A DNA stretch of 36,682 nucleotides from an uncultured Chitinophagaceae bacterium. Its GTDB lineage: Bacteria; Bacteroidota; Bacteroidia; Chitinophagales; Chitinophagaceae. Under the pieces are notes generated by a model. That model did no database searches and was not told the origin of the DNA. It saw only the letters and a program-made list of their open reading frames with translations. Position 1 is the stretch's first letter. Every line of letters begins with the position of its first letter. The position numbers and the translations under genes were made by a program. Positions 24,804-31,971 of this stretch are shown piece by piece. The DNA is taken from assembly GCA_964424655.1 (NCBI GenBank), contig CAYRJR010000002.1, forward strand, positions 1-36,682. Direction: 5' to 3'.

Positions 24804-25493
24804 ATGATTGAGCAAACACCCTCTGTGGCTGCTGATACGAAAAACGTATCGCGCCGCCGCTTCCTCGGCTATGCAGGCGCCCTTGCTGGTGCAGGCCTGC
24901 TCGTAGGCGGCCTCGCCTCTTGCAAAAAAAGCGATGACCCCTGGGAAGGGTCTGTGGACTTAGGCTCCGGCGACAACGCCCTGTTGAACATCGTTTTCAT
25001 CATCACACAACTGCAATCCGCATTTTATTCCCAGGTTCTGGTAACAAATTATATCGGGATGAATGCGCAGGAAATGAAGTTGATTACAGACATGCGCAAC
25101 CATGAAATTGCTAAACGTGAATTGCTCCGTAAAGTGCTCAGCAGTGCCGCAGTTGCCGACATTACTCCGGATTTTTCAAGCATTGATTTTGCCAAGCGAA
25201 CCTCTGTCCTCGACACCGCAAAGCAACTGGAAGACCTAAGCGTGAGCAACCATAATGGCATTGCCAATATGCTGGATGCTACCAACATCATCACGCTCAA
25301 CGCTAAGATGTCTTCTGTGGAAGCTAGACACTCTGCCGCCATTCGTGACATGAGCGTGATGGGCAGCTTTGCCGAAGCTTCCATGACTGCCGACAATGGC
25401 CTTGACTATATCCGCGACCCGCAAGGCGTGCTCTCTCTGGCCAACGCCTACATGAAAGACCGCTTCAATCCCACAAACATCTCCAAGAGCTAA
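24804..25493 (+). CDS. ferritin-like domain protein with a Tat signal and lipobox
   Basis: From the ATG at 24804: MIEQTPSVAADTKNVSRRRFLGYAGALAGAGLLVGGLASCKK, which combines a twin-arginine SRRxFLG motif, a hydrophobic region and LASC. The body resembles the Ferritin_2 / desiccation-related family (LNIVFIITQLQSAFY..., VEARHSAAIR). Confidence 0.8.
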   Translation: MIEQTPSVAADTKNVSRRRFLGYAGALAGAGLLVGGLASCKKSDDPWEGSVDLGSGDNALLNIVFIITQLQSAFYSQVLVTNYIGMNAQEMKLITDMRNHEIAKRELLRKVLSSAAVADITPDFSSIDFAKRTSVLDTAKQLEDLSVSNHNGIANMLDATNIITLNAKMSSVEARHSAAIRDMSVMGSFAEASMTADNGLDYIRDPQGVLSLANAYMKDRFNPTNISKS

Positions 25494-25513
25494 TTCAATC
25501 GCTTTCCTGCCCC

Positions 25514-26389
25514 ATGAATTTTTCAAGCATACTCTCAGAAATCGAGCGGATAGACCCCGAAATATATGAGCGCACCAGTCCCCGCCGTGCACTTATCAAA
25601 AACTGGACACGCAAAGTTTCTTTAGCAGCGTTACCCTTCGCCATCGGCTCATTGTTCAACAAAGCTTATGGCAAAACAAGCGATGCCATCACAGATGCCC
25701 TCCAGGCAGCACTGACCTTCGAGCTGCTTGAAACTACCCTTTATGGAAAGGCAATTCAGGCCACTAAAGTGAACCCGCCCTCATCGCAACTTATCCCAAG
25801 CACTACGGGTAATGAGTTTACAGCCATCGAGATGATCTGGAAACAGGAAAATGCACACGTAAGCTTCCTGGCCAGCATCCTGCAACAGATGGGGCAAGCT
25901 GTAAACCTGCAACAGAACTTCGACCTTACCGGCGGCGGTGGCAGTGGTAGCGGGCAGTTTGCCCAGGTCCTGACGGACTACGGCACATTCTTAGCCGTTG
26001 CTCAAATGCTAGAAGACACCGGCGTACGCGCCTACAAAGGGCAGATGGCAAACCTGAAAGACAATAACGATGTGCTCGCATCAGCCATGCGCATCCATAG
26101 CATGGAAGCCCGTCATGCCGCACACATCCGCATGATGCGCAGCCAGACTCCAGGCCCCCTTGCCGATGGTTTAGACATCCGTCCCTGGATTACCCTCAAT
26201 CAAAGTGGCATCAATTCTGGTGCGGTTCAAAGCGCCTATAATGGTGAAGAAAACACCTCTCAGATGAATATCGAAGTCGTAAACATTGCCGGCTTTGATA
26301 TCCCGGATGTTACTGCCAGCCAGGCATTCGATGAACCACTCGACATTAACGGAGCACTCGCAGTGATTTCCCCATTCTTAGCCCCATAA
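25514..26389 (+). CDS. ferritin-like domain protein (paralogous partner of the upstream gene)
   Basis: It has a weaker RR-type N-terminus (SPRRALIKNW...VSLAALPFAIGSLF) and the same family hallmarks (ALTFELLETTLY, QENAHVSFL, MEARHAAHIR). A 20-nt gap separates it from the upstream gene, which suggests an operon. Confidence 0.8.
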   Translation: MNFSSILSEIERIDPEIYERTSPRRALIKNWTRKVSLAALPFAIGSLFNKAYGKTSDAITDALQAALTFELLETTLYGKAIQATKVNPPSSQLIPSTTGNEFTAIEMIWKQENAHVSFLASILQQMGQAVNLQQNFDLTGGGGSGSGQFAQVLTDYGTFLAVAQMLEDTGVRAYKGQMANLKDNNDVLASAMRIHSMEARHAAHIRMMRSQTPGPLADGLDIRPWITLNQSGINSGAVQSAYNGEENTSQMNIEVVNIAGFDIPDVTASQAFDEPLDINGALAVISPFLAP

Positions 26390-26404
26390 ATAATTTCTTC
26401 TGAA

Positions 26405-26438
26405 AGAAAAAACGACGCTCAATTGGGCGTCGTTTTTT
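26405..26438. terminator. bidirectional rho-independent terminator between convergent genes
   Basis: agaaaaAACGACGCtcaattggGCGTCGTTttttgg: an 8-bp stem flanked by an A-run on the left and a T-run on the right. Confidence 0.7.
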
Positions 26439-26586
26439 GGCACTTGGAGGCGAATGATCAAGTCAACAAGTTGACAACTGGGAGGATTATTAGCCCGCTT
26501 TTTTTACTGCTCTTCTTCCTATAGAACTACTTTTCTTAGTGCGCATATTTCGGTAAGGATTCGCTGCCTGGCATTACCGTGGCATA

Positions 26587-27456
26587 TTAAATTGCTTCCA
26601 GCAGCCAAGCGGCTTGCATTTTTGGAGGTGGCGCATTCCGATTCCGCATGGCTTCTGGCATCACTTTTAGCAGACGAGGCATCACGCTGAGTTGCTCATA
26701 ATGTTGCTCTGCTTCTTTCACCAACCTGAAGCCTTGTGCTTTGAAAAATTCAAGCGCAGTATCAAAGCTTTCGTACTTGTTTTCTTCAATCTGATGTTGC
26801 TCAAAAAAGTGGCGCTCTTGCTCGCTCATTGGCATCTGCATTGGCATGGCTGCTGCTCGGCGCACACACACATCGGCATTAATCCAGCAACCACCTCTTT
26901 GCCGCAACACATCATGAATTATGCTGCAAAGCCGGGCTTGCTCCGCTTCATTCAGGTACATCATCAAGCCTTCATTGACGAGACTTAAAGGGCCTTCATC
27001 AAATCCTTGTGTCACCTGTTGAAAGGCATGTTCTTCCAAGGCATTCAGGGGTTGCAATTCATAATGCCCGAGTAAAGATTCATCCAGTTGCAAGTCGGAT
27101 ATTACTTGGCGTTTGATACGCACAACTTCCGGCAGGTCTGTGTCTATAAAGTGAATGTCAGGATGCTTTTGGCAGTAGTCAATACCTCGAAATGAATAAC
27201 CGGACGACAGTTCCAGTATGTTTTGATAATTTGTTTGTTGCAGGAGCTGGTCAATGCTTTTATAACGCAGCTCGAAGTGAAGCACTCGGGCTAGAAACCA
27301 GAAATCATTTTCATCGAAGCTGAGCCTGAAAATCTCTGAGTGATCCATGAGTGCAGCCACTTCTTTGGCATAAGGAATATCCGTGTAGCTCTTGGCTAAG
27401 AGCACGGATTTGGCAGAGGGGCTGATGCTTGAAAAATCTTTATCTGACTGCGTCAT
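26587..27456 (-). CDS. class I SAM-dependent methyltransferase (LCM/TcmP-like)
   Basis: 289 aa. ISPSAKSVLLAKSYTDIPYA at the N-terminus, ILELSSGYSFRG (motif I-like) and LVNEGLMMYL resemble the leucine-carboxyl / O-methyltransferase family. Confidence 0.6.
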   Translation of the reverse strand: MTQSDKDFSSISPSAKSVLLAKSYTDIPYAKEVAALMDHSEIFRLSFDENDFWFLARVLHFELRYKSIDQLLQQTNYQNILELSSGYSFRGIDYCQKHPDIHFIDTDLPEVVRIKRQVISDLQLDESLLGHYELQPLNALEEHAFQQVTQGFDEGPLSLVNEGLMMYLNEAEQARLCSIIHDVLRQRGGCWINADVCVRRAAAMPMQMPMSEQERHFFEQHQIEENKYESFDTALEFFKAQGFRLVKEAEQHYEQLSVMPRLLKVMPEAMRNRNAPPPKMQAAWLLEAI

Positions 27457-27596
27457 GGGAAGCTTGTGTTGTACAGCGACAAATGTCAGATTCTAAAAAA
27501 TTTGAGCTGCATCAAATATTCAAACGCATCAATGAGGACACAAAATCATTCTCCAGCTTTGAAAAGCAGGAATAGTTCAATTCCGCAGCAATTCAA

Positions 27597-28541
27597 TCAT
27601 GTTTTATATATCAAAATCTGCTCCCGGCCATCGCTGCTGCAACAGGCGCGATACATGCCATCTGAGTTAAATGGCATTGCGATGTTTCCGAAAGTATCTA
27701 CGGCAATTAATCCGCCTTCACCCCCCACATTTTTCAATTTTTCTTGAACGACCAATTCCGTTGCTGACTGCAGGCTGAAGCCTTTGTAACTCATGAGGCA
27801 ATGAATATCGTGGCCGACAACGGCACGCATAAAATATTCACCATGCCCAGTGCAACTGACTGCACAACTTTCCTGACTGGCCCAGGTGCCGGCACCGATA
27901 ATAGGCGTATCTCCGATGCGTCCCCATTGCTTGTTGGTCATGCCGCCAGTAGATGTAGCTGCAGCAAGGTGACCATGAATATCCAGTGCGACTGCACCTA
28001 CTGTTCCAAACTTATTATCCGTTTTTGACGTGGTGTGATCAAGTTGAATTTTCTGCTCGTGCCTGGCTTCATTCCATTGATTATAGCGTGCCTGAGTGAA
28101 GAAATATTTCTCTGCTTCGAAAGGCAATTTTTTTTCGTGAGCAAAACGAATGGCACCCTCACCAGTTAGCATGACGTGAGGGCTTTCATCCATTACTTTC
28201 CTTGCCAGAGATACCGGATTTTTTACTCCATTAATACTACAAACTGCACCTGCATTTCCAGTGAATCCATCCATGATTGCAGCATCCATTTCATGCAAGC
28301 CTTCGTGAGTAAAAACAGAACCACATCCAGCATTGAACAATGGGCAATCTTCGAGGCTCCTAACACTGGCTTCTACTGCATTCAAGGCAGAGGCTCCTTG
28401 CTGGAGTAGTCTGGAACCTGCATCCAGCGCGGCTTTCAAGGCTTTTAAATATTTCTGCTCCTCTGTTTCATTCATCAAATGTTTCAGTATAGTGCCTGCA
28501 CCACCATGAATTGCGATGGAAAAAACTGGTACATTTTGCAT
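27597..28541 (-). CDS. iaaA: isoaspartyl peptidase / L-asparaginase (Ntn hydrolase)
   Basis: IAIHGGAGT, NAGCGSVFT, the autoprocessing/nucleophile site GTVGAVALD, and STGGMTNKQWGRIGDTPIIGAGT. Confidence 0.9.
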   Translation of the reverse strand: MQNVPVFSIAIHGGAGTILKHLMNETEEQKYLKALKAALDAGSRLLQQGASALNAVEASVRSLEDCPLFNAGCGSVFTHEGLHEMDAAIMDGFTGNAGAVCSINGVKNPVSLARKVMDESPHVMLTGEGAIRFAHEKKLPFEAEKYFFTQARYNQWNEARHEQKIQLDHTTSKTDNKFGTVGAVALDIHGHLAAATSTGGMTNKQWGRIGDTPIIGAGTWASQESCAVSCTGHGEYFMRAVVGHDIHCLMSYKGFSLQSATELVVQEKLKNVGGEGGLIAVDTFGNIAMPFNSDGMYRACCSSDGREQILIYKT

Positions 28542-28561
28542 AGCTGCAATTAAAATTTTGA

Positions 28562-28925
28562 TGTGAATATGCGTGGAAAAGCTTTGTAAAAAGTGACACT
28601 ATTCCACGAATGCCAGATGACATTAATTCTGTGCTCACCCGTTCCGAAATTTTTGCCCGGATTCTTTCCGATTTTTCACAGTTCCAATACTTTTCCACGT
28701 CAGAATTTTTTCCGTTTTTGCTTTGTCCACTTCCTCACATTTTTATGTGGAAACTTGGTAAAATACAGCTTGTAAAGTGCGGAAAAAAACCTGCTTTGCT
28801 GTGGATGAAAAGCTTTCGGTAATTTAGAGTTGTGGACACGATTTTTCTTTCCACGATTCCCTGAGGCTAATGGTAATAGCCTTCTTTTTTTAAAAAAAAT
28901 CTATCATCAATATGGTTGTGGATAT
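28562..28925. promoter_or_regulatory. cluster of DnaA-box-like / TTCCAC motifs plus a T7A8 tract in the divergent iaaA-nadA intergenic region
   Basis: The exact hexamer TTCCAC/GTGGAA occurs 5 times (28573-78, 28602-07, 28693-98, 28747-52, 28849-54). Nine 9-mers match TTATCCACA or its complement at 7/9 or better, including 8/9 at 28800-08 and 28917-25. A T7A8 run lies at 28885-28899. Function is unproven. Confidence 0.5.
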
Positions 28926-29940
28926 AGCGGCAGCTGAAGCTAAACTGACTAAGTTGGGTTATCTGGATGTACCTATTGACCCTTCGCTCGACTTGTTCGA
29001 AGAGATTGCCAAACTGAAAAAGGAGAAGAATGTAGTAATCCTGGCTCATTACTATCAGGAACCTGATATTCAGGATGTGGCAGATTTTATTGGCGATAGC
29101 CTGGGGCTGGCACAAGAGGCGGAACGTACTGATGCAAAAATCATCCTTTTTGCTGGTGTTCATTTCATGGCGGAAACTGCTAAGATTTTGAACCCAAATA
29201 AGAAAGTCCTCTTGCCAGATTTACATGCCGGTTGCTCTTTGAGTGATAGCTGTCCGCCAGGTTTATTCAAGACCTTTCGTGAAAAATATCCGAACCACGT
29301 AGTAATATCCTATATCAACTGTTCTGCTGGCATCAAGGCTTTGAGCGATATCATTTGCACTTCATCTAATGCTCGTGCTATTATTGACAGCTTGCCTAAA
29401 GATCAGGAAATCATTTTCGCTCCTGACCGCAACCTGGGTGCATATATAAACAAACAGACAGGTAGGAATATGTTGCTTTGGAATGGTGCCTGCGTTGTTC
29501 ACGAGATGTTTTCTTTAGAAAAAATTGTGAAGTTGAAATCACGTAATCCGGAAGCAAAGGTGATTGCTCACCCAGAGTGTGAAGAAGCTGTGCTTAAAGC
29601 TGCAGATTTTATTGGATCAACTGCACAATTATTGAAGTTTACACAGAATGACCCTGCAGTTACTTTTATCGTCGCTACAGAAGCTGGTATTCTTCACAAG
29701 ATGCAACAGCTTTCCCCTGAAAAGACCTTTATTTCTGCGCCTCCTGATAATACATGTGCCTGCAACGATTGTCCTCATATGAAGCTCAACACACTCGAGA
29801 AATTATACATTAGCCTGAAATATGAGGAGCCTGAAATAACTATGGACGAATCTCTTAGAGTGGCTGCGAAAGTGCCCATTGTTCGTATGTTAGAGATTAG
29901 CAGAAATGCCGGTTTAATCACTTCAAAAAAATTGAGCTAA
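28912..29940 (+). CDS. nadA: quinolinate synthase
   Basis: [36 protein letters not shown] and the Fe-S cysteines ([21 protein letters not shown]) are collinear with NadA. Confidence 0.95.
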   Translation: MVVDIAAAEAKLTKLGYLDVPIDPSLDLFEEIAKLKKEKNVVILAHYYQEPDIQDVADFIGDSLGLAQEAERTDAKIILFAGVHFMAETAKILNPNKKVLLPDLHAGCSLSDSCPPGLFKTFREKYPNHVVISYINCSAGIKALSDIICTSSNARAIIDSLPKDQEIIFAPDRNLGAYINKQTGRNMLLWNGACVVHEMFSLEKIVKLKSRNPEAKVIAHPECEEAVLKAADFIGSTAQLLKFTQNDPAVTFIVATEAGILHKMQQLSPEKTFISAPPDNTCACNDCPHMKLNTLEKLYISLKYEEPEITMDESLRVAAKVPIVRMLEISRNAGLITSKKLS

Positions 29941-29988
29941 TCCATTGTCTGTAAAACTGTAACTTAGCTTTTAACACAAATCAAACAC

Positions 29989-31917
29989 ATGATGAGAACC
30001 TCTACAAAAGGCATTTTGCTTGCCTTGTCTGTTATCTTATTTCAGACAGTAACAGTAGTCGCACAGGTAATGGCAGGGTATTATGTTCAGCCCAGATTGG
30101 AAATCTTAGGCCCGAGTAATATCAGTGGTACCAAGATGTTCAATTGGAGCCAAAACCCAAATAATACTACTCCTTGGGCACGTCCAATTGATACGCAATA
30201 TTTCCAGGTGCCACTAGAAAAGGCATATGATACTTTGGGCGTTAACCCACTGTTGAATGGTACTGGCGGGTACCCGGATCTTCATGGAAAATTTGCCCTG
30301 ATAATGCGTGGTGGCGGTATTTCATTTAGCCAAAAGGCATATTATTGTCAGCAGGCAGGTGCTATTGGGGTCATCATAGTAAATCACAAGAATGGTGGTA
30401 CTATCGGTATGGCACCGACTACTCCTTTTTCTACAAACACCACAATTCCAGTTCTTATCATTTCACGTGAAGATGGTTTCCCGATTAATGATGCAATTAA
30501 GGCTGGTCAAACTGTAAAAATTAATCTGAGTACCTGGGGATATGGGCTTGCTAATGATTTAGGTTTTGTTCCTTTTTCTCCTGCTGTTCCTCATGCTTTT
30601 TGTATTCCTTTATCCCAGGTTAATACACCCGGTAGTGTACCCCGTGCTTATAATTTTTATAATGGGGCATATGTTGCCAATTTTGGTACAGCTGATCAAA
30701 GCAATGTCAAGTTGAAACAGACGATTAGTTTTACCCCAACTGGAGGAAGTACTAGTGTTGTATATACGGATTCCGTGCTTGACTCAAGTTTCCCAGTTGC
30801 AGATTCATTACATGAGCTGTTTTCTCAGAATGTAACACGTCAGAGCTTCACTAATACTGGTTTGGTAAACATGAATTATCAACTAAGTAGCGCTCAACCT
30901 GACGATAACATTGAAGATAATTCTGTAAATTATCAAGTGCACATTACTGACTCTGTGTTTTGTAAAGGCCGTTGGGATGAAAGCCGTCAAGCACCTTTGG
31001 TCTCTGTATCTTACAAGTATGCAGCTACACAACCATTAGTTTGGGGGCCTTTATTTTACGTGAGAAAAGGCGGCTATGGTGTGGTTAAGGCGCAGTTGTC
31101 TATCGGTGCTGACAGTGATTTGTTTGCGCTTAATCCTGTTAGCCCTTCTGTTCTAGTGTATCTCTACAAATGGACTGATAACAGTAATGATGGTTTGATA
31201 AATGGTGACGAACTGAGTATCGTTGCTCTGGGCTTGAAGTCAACTTTTGCTTCAACTGATTCAAGTAATAAGCCATTTTTTGTGAATTTGGTACATCCTA
31301 CTAAGCCGAATGTAATGCCGAAATTGGATGATAATTCCTGGTATTTTCTGGCAGCCGAACTGGAACATGATTTTTCACTTGGAGCGGATAATAATTCCAA
31401 TTTTTACACACGTAGCATTCTCTCTACACATGTAGATTCTAACGCCAATACAAGAACGGAATATTGGGGGCCAAATTTCTCAGGAAACATCAGATCTCCA
31501 TATTCTATACCAGATGACACATTGTCAAATATCCCTTTCTATAACAAGTCTCTGACTTCAGTAGAGCAGATTCAGTTTACTTCTTTAACCGGGTTGGTAC
31601 CTGCCATGGCGCTACACATTACGAAGGAAGTACCGGTTTCTGTACAAACCTTTGGAAAGAGTGCTTTTGAAAATTTGTCCCTATCACCTAACCCGGCAAA
31701 TAACCAGGTTAATGTGTCTTTATCACTAATTAAGCAAGGCACATTGGTAATCAGCGTTGTGAATACTCTGGGTCAATCTTTATCTTACGAAACTCATAAG
31801 AGTTTTAAGGAGGGACAACTTTCAGTGAATACCAGCAAATTTCCGGAAGGAAATTATTTCATGATTGTCGCTTCGGATAATGGTGCTCAGGTCATTAAGT
31901 TCAGTATCCTTCACTAA
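29989..31917 (+). CDS. secreted PA (protease-associated) domain protein with a T9SS C-terminal sorting domain
   Basis: Signal peptide MMRTSTKGILLALSVILFQTVTVVAQ. The PA domain is HGKFALIMRGGGISFSQKAYYCQQAGAIGVIIVNH. The C-terminal tail is LSLSPNPANNQVNVSL...VVNTLGQSL...FPEGNYFMIVASDNGAQVIKFSILH. I saw no HExxH or other catalytic motif. Confidence 0.85.
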   Translation: MMRTSTKGILLALSVILFQTVTVVAQVMAGYYVQPRLEILGPSNISGTKMFNWSQNPNNTTPWARPIDTQYFQVPLEKAYDTLGVNPLLNGTGGYPDLHGKFALIMRGGGISFSQKAYYCQQAGAIGVIIVNHKNGGTIGMAPTTPFSTNTTIPVLIISREDGFPINDAIKAGQTVKINLSTWGYGLANDLGFVPFSPAVPHAFCIPLSQVNTPGSVPRAYNFYNGAYVANFGTADQSNVKLKQTISFTPTGGSTSVVYTDSVLDSSFPVADSLHELFSQNVTRQSFTNTGLVNMNYQLSSAQPDDNIEDNSVNYQVHITDSVFCKGRWDESRQAPLVSVSYKYAATQPLVWGPLFYVRKGGYGVVKAQLSIGADSDLFALNPVSPSVLVYLYKWTDNSNDGLINGDELSIVALGLKSTFASTDSSNKPFFVNLVHPTKPNVMPKLDDNSWYFLAAELEHDFSLGADNNSNFYTRSILSTHVDSNANTRTEYWGPNFSGNIRSPYSIPDDTLSNIPFYNKSLTSVEQIQFTSLTGLVPAMALHITKEVPVSVQTFGKSAFENLSLSPNPANNQVNVSLSLIKQGTLVISVVNTLGQSLSYETHKSFKEGQLSVNTSKFPEGNYFMIVASDNGAQVIKFSILH

Positions 31918-31933
31918 CTCGAATTTTGTTGTA

Positions 31934-31966
31934 AAAAATGGCCACCTTTGCGTGGCCATTTTTTAT
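31934..31966 (+). terminator. rho-independent terminator
   Basis: aaaAATGGCCACctttgcGTGGCCATTttttatttc: a 9-bp stem (31937-45 / 31952-60) followed by a T-run, 17 nt after the stop codon. Confidence 0.75.
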
Positions 31967-31971
31967 TTCAG

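Noticed and set aside
26569-26585. A sigma-54-like -24/-12 element, TGGCAT-taccg-TGGCA, with correct GG/GC spacing.
   Set aside because: It sits on the + strand 2 nt from the 3' end of the convergent minus-strand methyltransferase gene, so it would only drive antisense transcription. The -12 element is TGGCA rather than TTGCA, and no enhancer-binding-protein gene or downstream + strand gene is present.
28468-28822. ORF-track ORFs in the iaaA-nadA spacer (28468-28698 minus, 28593-28775 plus, 28610-28822 plus).
   Set aside because: Their translations are Phe/Leu/Ser-rich low-complexity strings produced by the T-tracts. They overlap one another in different frames and show no start context or domain features. 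The region is better explained as non-coding regulatory or origin-like DNA.
28542-28911. A possible NAD+ (nadA-motif) riboswitch or other structured leader upstream of nadA.
   Set aside because: I could not find tandem stem-bulge domains or the conserved bulge sequence of the nadA motif. The region is dominated by short repeated hexamers and T-tracts rather than paired stems.
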